Assembly: GCA_025603075.1 (NCBI GenBank)
Contig: MU626361.1
Coordinates: 1-64,000, forward strand
From: Neoconidiobolus thromboides FSU 785
Taxonomy: Eukaryota > Fungi > Entomophthoromycota
DNA: 64,000 nucleotides
Direction: 5' to 3'
Shown: positions 11,733-24,285 of the stretch, piece by piece
Layout of the letters: the number at the start of each line of letters is the position of its first letter
How positions within the stretch are numbered: position 1 is the stretch's first letter
The notes under the pieces: generated by a model
The model's input: only the letters and a program-made list of their open reading frames with translations
What the model was told of the DNA's origin: nothing
Database searches by the model: none
Program-made: the position numbers and the translations under genes

Positions 11733-12867
11733 TTAATCAAGTCGATGATGTTTTAAAGGTGGGGTATCCGAAATCAATTCGCCTTCTTCAATGACTGGGG
11801 ATCTCTTTGATCTAGGTGAGCTATTACCACTATGTTTGGAACGATATCCTTTTTTCTATAATTACAATGTCAATATTGACTAGAACTAAAAAGACTCTTG
11901 TTTACCTCAATAATTTTACTTTTTTGACCATTAACTGATAAATTTTTCGATTGAGTTGTAGTATCAATATCCAAACTTAACTCTTTTGAATTAATTTTTC
12001 CTTTCAAATTTAAAAACATTTTATCCAATCCCTGTTCAATGTCATATTTTTTTCTAGCTTCTTCAAAATCGAAATCGGGATTTTCTTTATTGAATTTCGT
12101 CAATGTTATTAATGGATTATTTCCAATATCATTAACAAGATTATCAAAATTAACAAGTTCATCTAGCATTAAATTTAACCGATGTTTAGCTATTGTTATA
12201 CATTTTTGTTGTGTTTGTCTTTCCGCATCTATCGCCTCTTTTTCTTTTTCTAAGATCTCAGTTTCTCTGTAAAAACAAAATATTAACTTTATAATCGAAA
12301 ACTCAACATTGAATATTTACTTTATCAATTTGGAGTATGGTTTTAAACTGAAAAGTTCTGCTTTAAGGTGATCATATTGTTTACTTTTTAATCGTTCTTC
12401 TTTAGCTAACTTTAAAATTTGTTCATTTTTTAAAATCGCAATTTCATATTCTTTGGTACTTTTTTCTATGCATCTAATTTAAAAACTAGAAAACTAAACT
12501 CAAACTTAAATTTTACCTATAATATCTTCATCTTTCTTAATAACTTTCTCCTCATGCTCTAAAGCAATCATGGTCATTTCCGAAGCAGATAAACTCAACT
12601 CAGCTTGAGCCAAATCATTTTCAAATTGTTGATATAATAAATTTCTATATTTCAATCAAAAAAATGTCCCATTTGATTTAAATAATTTAGCTTACATCTC
12701 AGTTTTACTCTTTTTACTTTTAATTGCCTTAACAAAAGCTTGATATCTTTTGATACATCTTTTAATAATTCTATCATCTACTGATAATCGACTTTTAAAT
12801 AAGGTTTCTATTAATTTTAGTTAATCAAAAATACATCTGTTACTGGTGATTTGTTACCTTCATTCAT
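11733..12867 (-). CDS. THOC7: THO complex subunit 7 (THOC7/Mft1 family), about 6 exons
   Basis: Spliced MNEETLFKSRLSVDDRIIKRCIK...FENDLAQAELS...LAKEERLKSKQYDHL...AKHRLNLML parallels THOC7 (RKRL..DDRRI..KNRQEYDAL); last exon reads KKGYRSKH...HHRLD*. Confidence 0.7.
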
Positions 12868-14002
12868 CTTCCTTTTGTTTAGTTTATGATGTGATAGAAA
12901 TTTTCTAATTCATAAGTACTTTATTTGACCTTAAAAAGACAGGCAAAACGAATAAGTTGAGATGATAGGATAAGAGAGAGTTGACCAATTAAAAGAAATT
13001 CAGGACACCACGAAATAAATCTAAATTCACAGGAGGGTTAATACTCCCCTCCAGAACACAATAAATAGTATATTTTTCAGCAGTTTTCATATTAAACTTA
13101 CTCTATTAATAAGTAAATAAACTGGGTTGGCATATATATTTAGATTATCGTTTTGAGAATCTTCTACAGCAAAGGTTTATTTTTATACTGCCTTTTGCAA
13201 TTACGTGGAAGCCTTGAATAGATGGAGTATTATAATACAACTTATTTTGATTTTATTTTAAGCAGACTAACTTTTAAATCAAATAACTTGTCTGCTTAAG
13301 TTTATAATATAAGACAGTTATTGTGTTCCAATTTTTTTGCTAACAAACATGACATTTATTGTATTCCAGAGAGAGTAATCTGTCTGAGTTTGAGTTATAG
13401 GACATCCTGCCTAGAAATTGGACTATTCTTTTTGATCTTTATCTAAGGTGAGTTCTGTTCTAAAATCACATGTATTATCAAATTATTTAAAAATAGCATT
13501 ATTAGCTTCAGAGATTGAAGGGAGTAATAAATAGGCATCATCTATAGATTTACAAAAATTGGCATGGGGCATAATTATTATAGATGAAAAAATAATGGAT
13601 TTTATAAATAGAGTATTTTATCAAATTGTTTTATTTCAAAAAACTATTAGACATGGCCCTTTGTAGGTGAATATGGCAATTTTCCTAAATCTATTAACCA
13701 TTTAATAGTTAAACACTATAAGAAAGTGACTTTGCAGCAAGTGAAATACTTATGTGAAATTGAGTCTTTATAGCTACATTTCCAAATGCCATTATCTGAG
13801 ACTAGGGTTTTGCTATGTGCATCTATCTCTAGGGAAGAATGTACTAGTCATTAATTTCTATAGAAGTCCCTTGTAGTATAGGAGTACTCATGAGGTATTG
13901 TAAATTAAACTTTTTGGTAAAGAATAATGCTTACAATACAAAATAAAAATTAATGACGAATTTAAATTTAAATCTAATATGTTAGATTTTTTTATTTATA
14001 TA

Positions 14003-14088
14003 GGAACGTATTTAAAGAATTTTGATACCAATTTTTCCACTCAAATAGCACTTAAATGGAAAAAATGATTAAACCAATAAAAACGCTC
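14003..14088 (-). mobile_element. MITE copy 4 (degenerate)
   Basis: TTTAAAGAATTTT...TTTTCCACTCAAATAGCACTTAAATGGAAAAAATGA core; ends eroded. Confidence 0.7.
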
Positions 14089-14296
14089 TATGAACTATGT
14101 TTATGATAAATTCGAGCTAGGGTTAGAATGAGAGTGAAAGATTATTTTAATTTTTTTGAATAATCCATTTTTATTACTTAAAAAGGAGATTTTTTATTAG
14201 TGGAAAGCATTGTATCAGCGCATCTTCATACCATAACTAAATAAAAAAATACTCCTATAATAGTTTCGAATTCTTGAGGAATAATAGCCAGCATAT

Positions 14297-14391
14297 GAGG
14301 ATATATTGTATTAAAAATTTTACCAACAAATTTTCCGCTTAAATAATGTTTAAGAGATGAAAAAAGTAATGAAGTTAAAAAAACACTCCTC
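14297..14391 (-). mobile_element. MITE copy 5
   Basis: ATAT-GAGGATATATT...TTTTCCGCTTAAATAATG...GTAATGAAG...ACACTCCTC. Confidence 0.75.
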
Positions 14392-14460
14392 TATATTACC
14401 AATTAATGATTTTATAAAGCTTATTATTCTTGATAGCTACGAGTTGTTAATTAAATAGTT

Positions 14461-14916
14461 ATGGTAGAATGCTTTTGGTGAAAAAGAAGCATTTTTGAGC
14501 TCATAAAGCGTGTTTCTATCAAGCTCACTGTCAATAAGTTCTTTAGGAACTTCAAATTTGTTGTTTACAAGCCTTAAAGTTATTATATTTTCATAGACTT
14601 CTACAATTTGTTGCATTGAGCGTGCCTTATACCATTTTCTTTCTTCAAATAAGGAATATTGAGCTTTGCATTTCTTATAGGTACACTGATATAGGACAGG
14701 TTTCTATATTCTTGAAGATCCATTTTATTGTATAAAACATTTCTCACATTATTTAGACATATCCATATCCTTCTTTATCTCTATTATTATCTCCTTAGTA
14801 TCTTCTAATTTTTTCCCATCTATTTTATGACCTACTTTAATATCTAGATCTTTGTTGATACACTTATAGATAGAGATAGGGCCTATCCCCAGGGTTTTTT
14901 TAGAATGTATCCACCA
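14461..14916 (-). pseudogene. Decayed ORF with CxxC...Cx4C zinc ribbon, possibly a transposase N-terminus (Merlin/IS1595-like)
   Basis: About 150 codons with only 3 stops in AT-rich DNA; CEKC...YQCTYKKCKAQYSLF. Confidence 0.35.
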
Positions 14917-16451
14917 TTTTTAAAAAGCAAATTTAAAAAGAAAAAGAAAACGTAAATGTATTTAATTCTTTTAAAACATTAAGGTGAGATGGATTTTTAA
15001 TTTATAACTAACTTATTCAACTTTAAAGTAAGCCTGTGATGTGGTAAAAAATGAGCACTTGTTAAATTGAAGTAGTAAGTTTTCTATTCTTAAAAAATAC
15101 AGTACATTTCATTAGCATAAATTAAGTCAAGGACCAACAATTTTCTTGTAAAGTCCTCCTCCAATCAAATGCCTACAGCTTCAAAACACTGAACTCAGAC
15201 CTAATTTTAAATTAATAACACAAACCAAGAATTCACTTTACATCTCATTGCTTTCAAACTTAAGAGTCCAAAGTAGAAGGAGGTAGCTAAATCATAGAAT
15301 TTATAACTTTTTTGTATTAATCTATATTTAGCTATGACTTGAATGTAAGTGAACTGGCGTTTTTTATTGTGAGTACATAGCCATTCATATAACCCTACAT
15401 TAGACATCAAAGCCTTCAATTTTGTATATATGGCTTCTTACAGCTAAGATACGATATGGTTAACGGATTTACGTTCTATTTGATTGAATGCAAATAACAT
15501 TTATTTAATAATACAAATGCTAAATTTTCATGAAAATATATAGTATGAGTTTGACTTTTAATTCTTTTAACAAAGAGTATTTTATAATTTGATATTAAAT
15601 TTAGCTGCCAATCTTTATTCATGTTTCTTGTAAAGTAATAAAGTAATGATAAATGATAGCAGCTTTTAACATTTAATGTTTCATATTTAATATTTGCTTT
15701 TTGCAAAAGTCATTTGCATTCCTCTAGAAAATCAATTAAATAATCTACAGAATAAGTTATCATTTTTAAAAATAATTATTCTTTTAAAATTAAATAAGTT
15801 AAAAAACAAATGTTTATATTATTATCATAAAATTACTATTTTATCAATATTTTATAATGTATCATGTAAATTTGCAAGAAAAAGACAAAGAGCTGATAGT
15901 AAAGGTAGTTTTAGCATAAGTAAGATAGCTAAGATTTAGTGTATTATCCTAAGTATCAATAAAAATTTATAAACTTTGAAGCTTTAATTTTATCATATCA
16001 CTAACTAGTAGACTAATCATTAATTATTTCATAATGGAATACTATTCAATTAAATTAAATAACGTTGAGCTTATTATTCGATATGTTTTAATTAAAAATA
16101 TTAATAGAGTATTTATTGTAAATTCGAGTAAGTTAAGCTTAACTTAGTATCAACTTATCTCTAATTTCAACTTGAAGTTTTATTTAAGAAGGTTTGAATA
16201 GCAAAGTATTATATACAATAAAATATCACAAGATATACATTACGCTATGCTATACTTTCTATTAACTATTATTGTTAATATTGGAATCCATCTCAAAATC
16301 ATCCCTTGAAAATGTAAAATAATGCTTTCTAAATAAGGAATTAGTCGAGCATTAAAAGGTTTCAATTTATGCAATTTAAAGCTCGCAATCAAAAAAAAGA
16401 TGTTGGTATTTTGAAAATCAAAGATTAAAAATTTATCAATCTTAAAAATTT

Positions 16452-18292
16452 ATGGCCAAATTAAGTGATCAAAAAGTAAGTTTTAAATATTGTTAAGTTC
16501 CATTTTAACTAATAAATATAAAAAGTCAGAATTTAGCCTAGAAACAGAAGTTCGAGCAAGGGCAGGTAGACCAGTCAGAGTATGTGATCAATGTCGACGT
16601 AGTCGACGTAAGTGTAATTCAAAAAAACCAAGTTGCTCATTATGTATTCGACGACGTAAACAGTGTACCTATGATCAAGTAGAATATAAAAAAGAAACTG
16701 GATTAAATGTAGAAACAGTAGTCAAACAAGAAAATATTAAAAAAAATATAGAAGAAAAAATGAGAGAATTGATAAAACAAAAAGAAATTAAAACTAATTC
16801 TAGAACAATGTTGATGCTTAGTAGATCTAGTACTATTAATTTAGAGTTTAATCCATTAATATTTTTTTTAGCCTCTTGGAAAAAAGAAATACCAGCTTTT
16901 TTACATTTCATTAAAATGAATGACTCTAATTTTAGTCAACCTATACAACATTCAAAAACAATAGTTAAAAAAGAAAGTTTAATAGAAGGTATGGGATTTT
17001 TATCAAATTATTTAGTTTTAGTATTTTTTCGAGATTTTAATCCGTTTTTTCCGATTATTGATGAAACTTGTTTTTTGACTATCTTTTTCAATAAGCTTTG
17101 GCTTAAAGATGAAGCTTTTAAGTTATTAGTTAATGTCATTCATTTAACAGCATTATCGTTTCATCCAGATTGTGAAGTCATTCAAGAACATTCGTTATTA
17201 ATCGAAAGACATATTAAATTAAGTTTGAAGAAACAATATTTAAAACCAAGTATTTATTTAGTACAATCTTTAACAATATTAAGTATGCAAAATAATATAA
17301 GTGAAAAGGATGGTTTAATGGCATCAAGTAGTTTTTTTTTAGGCTTAGCTTATAAACATGCTATTACTTTAGGATTACATCAGTATCATCAAGACAAAAG
17401 TAAAAGAAGTTCATATCAAAGAACTTGGTGGGGCATTGCTATTGTAGAGCAATTATTAATGCATTGTACAGGAAGACCACCAATATTAGCAATATGTGAT
17501 CGACAAGTTCAATTAAAAGATCTAGCAGGTATTAAAAGAAAAAAGGATTTACTCAATGAATTTGAGAAAACATATGAATTTCATTTATTCGTATTTGTTT
17601 ATTCCAGATTAATTTCAAGATATAATATAATTAAAGAAGAATATTATCCAAAAAATAATTTAATGAATGAAAACATTCGACAAGAAGAAATAAAACTAGA
17701 CTCAAATTTACAAAAAGAAAAAGAAAAGAAGTTTCAATGTTTTATAAAACATCGCAATAAGTTAGAATTTGCTTTTCATTGTTGGTTTAAATATTATTTT
17801 AAATTGAATGAAGATAGTGGATTCTTATTATCTCCAATTCTACTTAATAATGATTTAGATTTAAATATTTATATTGATTATTATTCAGCATTACACGATA
17901 TTTATTCTACTCATCACCAATTCAATCATAATTCCACTATATTAAATAATTTGAATATGGAATTACCTACAATGACATTAAGAGAATTTTCTAGTTTAAC
18001 GGGAGAAGAAAAAAGAGTAATAGCTGCTTATTTTGGAGCATATACAATAATGTATGGATTAAAAAGAAATGGGTTTATATTTCGAGGTACAATTTATAAA
18101 TGGTGGAGTGCTTCTCAATTTATGTTTACATTGTTAACTTTTTCTGAAAAAAATAAGAATTCATCATTTAATCTATTTTGTCAAGCCTATTTAAAATTTA
18201 TGTTAACTTGTTTAAAAGAAGGAAAATCAAGATTTGCTTCTTTAGCTAATATCGAAAATAAGGCGACTACTATTTATCAAATATTAAGTTAA
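16452..18292 (+). CDS. Zn(II)2Cys6 transcription factor with fungal middle homology region
   Basis: CDQCRRSRRKCNSKKPSCSLCIRRRKQC; FFRDFNPFFPII, LVQSLTIL, AITLGLH, RTWW motifs. ATG 16452 joins in frame via a GTAAG...AAG intron. Confidence 0.9.
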
Positions 18293-18383
18293 AGTGTTAT
18301 TTATTAAAATAAAAAAATAAAAAAATAAACAAAATTATTAACCATATATTATAATATTTTATTTTATATAGCTCTTTGATTTT

Positions 18384-19498
18384 TTATCTCTTCCAATAAT
18401 TGTAGTATTTATCACCATATTTATCTACATCTTCCGATAATTCATCCCAAATACTATGTTGAGTTGTAGCCCCTTCACCACTACCATGAGCACGTATATC
18501 ACCCTTTTGAAGTCGATCAATGAAATCTAATCTTAGCCATTTTTCTACAATTTTGAGTAAAGGAGAATCTGCAATTTCGCCGTTATCTAATTGATGTTGG
18601 GTATGAGCTACTGCATCTAATAATTCAGGGAATTCTGATAATCTTAAATTTAAATGAGGATGTCTTAATTGAGCATTCTCTTCTTTCTTTTTATCTTCTT
18701 TTTTATCTTTAATATCCAATATTGGATTCAAGCTTAATATTTCACCCCTATGAATATGGGCCACATGAGTGGGCCAAAAACCAAGTCCATCAAAGATATG
18801 AGTAGCATATAATATACTTACCTTTCTTTCCAAGGTCTCCTTCTTTAAAAATTGAAACAAATTACTTCTCACCATAACATCTAAATCTACAGTAACTTCA
18901 TCTAATAATAGTACTTCCCATGGTTGTAATAATCCAATAACTAATTGAACTCTTCTTCTTTCACCATCGGATACTTGATGCATATGCCAATTTGGATCAA
19001 CATCTAAAAGTCGGATAAGTTCATCTCGACGTTGTGGGTAAAGTTCACCACCACATGTTTTAATAAGATAACCAACTTCAATATCTAATTTTGTTGCCGG
19101 ATTGTTTGCCCATTCGATACCAAGATAAGTCACTCCTCCTGGACGATCAACAAAAGCTCTTTTACCTAAGATATAAGCTTCTTCTTTTATCATACGTTTT
19201 CCAGCTAAGATTCTAAATTAAAATCATTAATTTAATTCAATATACTAGTTTTTTTTATTACGAAATGAAATTCCAATTCAACTTACCTTAATAAAGTACT
19301 TTTGCCAGCTCCATTGGCGCCTACTAGTAAACAACATGCACCTTTGGGGACATTTAATTGCAGATTTCTTAATATTGGTGGTCCACCAAAATCAAAATTT
19401 AAACTAGGAATTTGAATCACATATTTTTCGGGTTCTAAGACAATGGACTGGTGAGTTTCTTGACTCTTTTCATAACTATTAAGGTCCATGCGTGGCAT
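18384..19498 (-). CDS. CAF16: Soluble ABC ATPase, CCR4-associated factor 16 family (2 exons)
   Basis: Walker A GANGAGKSTLL, signature VSDGERRRVQL, LLLDEVTVDLDV, YATHIFDGL; no TM segments. Confidence 0.85.
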
Positions 19499-19788
19499 TC
19501 TGAAGTTATTGCTTTTTTTTGATAAATTAAAAAGTTGAAAGAATTTGGATTCTTCTATTATGTTTTTGTCATGTCATCAGTAGAGCTTTTTTGCTTACTA
19601 ATTCAACGATCTATGCTATTACCTTAATTGGTATCGATTATTCGATTCTTTTTTAATGGGGAAATTACATTTTGAAAAAAAATCAAAAATATTCGATCAA
19701 AATATCCAAAATCAAAAAGTAAAATAAGCTTTAAAATTATTAATATATTTGTTAATATTTTTTATTTATCCATTTTCTTTTATATACT

Positions 19789-22700
19789 TCAATATTTTAA
19801 ATATTTTATTCTATAATAATAAGCCAATGGATGATTATTAACGCTTAAAAATAGGCTAGACAAATTATATGCGGCTTCAAATTTCAAATCAAATCTGTCT
19901 TCAATCTCTTCCATTTCAGATAATTGTAGTACTTTTTTATAATGTTTGACAGCCATTGGAAGTAAATTAAAATGATGATAAGCTCTAGCTAAATTAAAAT
20001 AAACTTGTTGAGTATAATTTTTTAATTTAGCATACTTTTTTAAATAAGAAAAACCTAATAAAATTTCATATTGTCGATTATTACTCGTTCTTTTAATAGC
20101 TTCATGAAAATGAGTAATTGCTAAATATAAATAAAGTTGAGCTTGATTATCTCGCTTAGCTTCTAATTGAGAATTTGTCAATACTTGTTGATTTTCTAAT
20201 TGATTTAATGCTTGTTGAAATGATTTAATAGCTAATGTATAACTTTTGGATAAACTTCTTAAATGTCCATAAAAATAATAAGTATAATAATCCTGTACAT
20301 TACTATCAATTTTTCTTCGTAAATATTTTAATAATTTACTACGTGTATTAGCATTCATTTGGCGCTCTTTACTTCCACTTGATAAAGCCAATAGAAAAGA
20401 ATATTTTTCTCCTGGATAATAAGTTACTGCATCAGTGCATACTTTACGGGCTAAATCAATAGACAATTCATAATTTTGACTTTTTTCGTTTGAACCTAAA
20501 ATGAGCTTTAAATTAATATTATTAATATATTATAATAATTTACCAATATATAACATTAAAAAGAATAATTTTAATTTTTTTAGAGTTCTAAAACATTGAG
20601 ATAAAGTAATACTATTTAACATAGCTAATAATTCATTCAATAAATTATAATGAATCATAATATTAATTGCTTTTAATATTAATTTCAACCATCTTCTCAA
20701 TTCAATTGAACAAATTAATGTTTTAAAACTAGAATCATATTTTAAATCTAAATAAATGTTCAATACTTTTTCACTTCCTTTGATTTGTTTATATTTCTCT
20801 TTTTTATAAATTTCTAATATGAATTCTCGATATACTTGATAATACATTTTTATAAAAAATCTTCCATATTCCTCATTTTCTAATATTTGATTTAAATCTA
20901 AAGATTCTAATTTAATTATAAGTTTATTGATTAATAATTGGTTATTTCTTAATTTATTTTTTCCAATTCTTTTTCTTCTTGTTCCTCGATTCTTTAATTC
21001 TTTTTCTCTTATTTGTTTAAAGTTATTTCCCTTAAAACTTCGAATCACGTTTATTTTATACTCTTCTTCTTCTTCTTCACTATCAGCACCTTCATCAATA
21101 TAATCTGGATCTTTGATTGTATTGTCATCATCGATTTCAGTTTCATTATTTGTAATTTCATTAAATATTATGTGTTCATTTAATTCGGCATTTGTTTTCG
21201 TTGTTCTTTTGTTTTTGTTTTTATTTCGCAAATTCTTTTTTTTCTTTTTTTCTCTTATTAATTCATTTTTGAAATTAGCAACTAAAGTTATTAATTAATA
21301 ATTGATCTATTATTAAATAAATATTCATAACATTACTTACTTCTACTAGTATAATATTTAGCTATATCTGATTTATCTATTTTTATATATAATCTTTCTA
21401 AAGCTAAACTAATTTCTAATATACCATCCGTAAAATTATCAGCTAAATAAAAATGAAAATGAAATAAAAGTTAATAAAAAATACATCTAGTACTTATTCT
21501 AACATTAAAATTCAATTGTTTACCTTTTAAGTAATATTCAATTGCTTTTTCATCTTCATTTAACTTCTCAAATCCTTCGCCAATAATTATTAATAATTCT
21601 ACATTTACTGTCTATTTAAAAGTAAAAATAAAAGTAAAGTTAATAAAATCCTCATTCAATTATTTAATTATTTAGTTGTCTAACTAACACAAATCAACAA
21701 TTACCTCGTTACAATTTTGTTCTAAATATAATAAAATATCTAATCCTTTTTCAACTTTATTTTTAGTAATTAATGCTTTGCCCACTTCAATAAATGTATT
21801 AAAATAAATATTGGCATCCAATAATAATAAATATTTAAAATACTCCTATAAGAAATAAGAAATAAGAAATAAGAAATAAGAAATATATTGTTATATTTTA
21901 ATTAAAATATAAGTATATATAAAATAAAAATATTAGTTTTACCTCCGCTTCTAAATCTAAATTTAATAATGCTAATAAAGTCCCAATTTTCATTTTAATT
22001 TCAATTGGTAAATCAAAATACAAAAATTGACTTGTGATTTCAATTAAACTTTCTAGTGAATGAGCGCTTTCATTCCATTCATTCCAATTAGTTTCAGATA
22101 TACAATAACAACCTCGAATAATCCTTCTTAATGCTTTAATATATTGTCCATTTAATAAATAAACATCCGTTGCTATGTTCAAATAGCAATATTTTAATTC
22201 TCCTTTAAATTCTTCATTTGTTAAATGTTGTAATATAGCTTCATCTATATAGGGTATAGCTTCTGTTAAATCACCTTCATTTTTAACTATTAATAAAATT
22301 AAATCATTCATTAACTCTAAATTATAAGGAGTAATTTTCAATATCTGTTTATAATTATGAATGGCCTTAAATAAAGAGTTTAATTTATAATGATATTAAA
22401 ATTGATTAAATAATAATTTACTGTATATAAATAATCCATTTCAATAGCTAATTCTGCTTTTTCTTTCATTGCTTCAATATCCGTTTTATCACTTAATATT
22501 GCTTTGGAATAACAGTAGCTAGCTTGTTCAAGTAGATCTTCATCCCTAATAAATAATATTGTAAACCTATCAATTGAATTCGATTAAAGCCAAAATTTAC
22601 TTTGATAATCTAGCCACTTTTTTCCACAAAGCATTATCGTTTTGAGAGATATAAGCTGCAATAAAAAGTACGTTTAAAGCTTTAACTTTAAATTCACAAT

Positions 22701-23464
22701 CCTCATAAATTAAACCCATCACAAACCAAGCTTCATAAATCGTTGGATCCATTTTAACAATATTGAATAATATTTTCAATGCCGAAGAATATTCTTGTTG
22801 AATATAATAATAGTTTACTTCTCCTAACATAAACTTGATTTCAGGACTAATTTCTCGGTTGCGTGATGTATTTTTTCGTCTCCCTCCTTTTTTACCTCCT
22901 CGTACTCGACGCCCCAATTTTTTACCTCCTTTAGTACCAACCGAACTAGTGATAGCAAGGTCATCTTTCAAGGTTGAAATTTCTGAATTAAATACTTGCC
23001 ATGAAACGACTTCTCTTTTAAAATTTTTAATAAATTAGTTAAATCATTGTTTCTTATATCTACCTATCATTATTAATATCCATTAAATTGTCTTGACTTA
23101 TATTTTCTTTAATTTTATTCATTAAACTTTCAATTCCTTCAATATCTTCTTCTTCTAAGTTTTCTTCTTCTTCTTGGACCTCTTTTTTATCTACCTCTTC
23201 TTCATCCATTCCATCCTCTATTTGATCCCCTCTTAGTATATGTTCTTCTTCTTCCTCTCCCTCCTCACCAATGTCTTCATTTTCTCCCATTTCTTTTATT
23301 TCTTCTACTTTTTCATTATTCAAAAAAGGATGTTGAAATAATTGTGTGTTTTTGTTGTTGTTACTAGTTTCATTGTCTGAAGGTATTAATTCATCATATT
23401 CCCATCCTCCTTCTATTTCCTCTTCAAGTAATTCTCGGATCTCTTCATCAGATTCATAATCCAT
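19789..23464 (-). CDS. TFC4: TFIIIC TPR subunit (tau131/GTF3C3), multi-exon
   Basis: Acidic N-terminus, basic RRKNTSR linker, LGEVNYYY...DPTIYEAWFVMGLIYED TPRs, C-terminal QVYFNLARAYHHFNLLPMAVKHYKKVL...EAAYNLSSLF. Confidence 0.85.
21850..21884. repeat. (AAGAAAT)x5 intronic tandem repeat
   Basis: Five exact units within a TFC4 intron. Confidence 0.9.
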
Positions 23465-23811
23465 TTTTTAAAATAAAAGCAAATTTTTAAATTTTTTTAA
23501 TTATTTAAATACAGCTACTACAACTTTATTACGACATAGTTTGCAATAATTTTTAAAACTCTTTAGTTATTTGTAGCTTTTTCGAACTTAATCCTATATT
23601 TGCATAACATTAAAATTTTACTCTAAAATGAATGCTAGTTAGACGCAATAAAGTTGTAGTAGCAATTCTTTGTTTAAAATTACTGATTTAGGAAAATTGA
23701 ATTGATTTACTTGATTCCTTAATATAAATTTGATAAATGAATTCAAATCCATGGATCCCCTACTATTACCTATTAGATGTTTCAAGTATTATTTCAGTCC
23801 TTTCTTTATAC

Positions 23812-23910
23812 GGGGATGTTTTTTTTGGCTTCATCACTTTTTCTATCTTTTAAGTGCTGTTTAAGTGGAAAGATTCTTAGTGAAATTCTTAAACACAAAA
23901 ATACATCCCC
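23812..23910 (+). mobile_element. MITE copy 6 (near consensus)
   Basis: GGGGATGTTTTTTTT...AAAAATACATCCCC with ATAC/ATAC TSD. Confidence 0.92.
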
Positions 23911-24285
23911 ATACAATAAAAGATTTTTAGTTAACTTCTATGTCTTAGTCGTCTCATTTATACAGTTTGTAAGATCCCCACCAGGCTAGCGTTTGATGCT
24001 AACTTGGAATACCCAACTATCCAGTCTTAACACATTGAATAGAGAATAGAATGGATCTCAGACTCTCTCATTCAGCTTTAAAATTTCTTTGATGAAGACA
24101 AGAGAAACTCTAGCCAAATGACTAACATCTCCCTTTGCTTGCTTTTAGTTTTTAGTTTTAAGCAATAAATTCCTTCAGGATTCAAAGTTCAACCTTTTAG
24201 GAATTTTTAAAAAAAGATTAAGAAAGTAAATGCTTTAATGTTTCAATAGCTTACATTTATTTAAATTAACTATTTAAATGCCTTA

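Noticed and set aside
13330-13900. Possible LINE RT relic on the minus strand
   Set aside because: Only faint likeness to QGDPLSP/YADD, with many stops; not supportable by eye.
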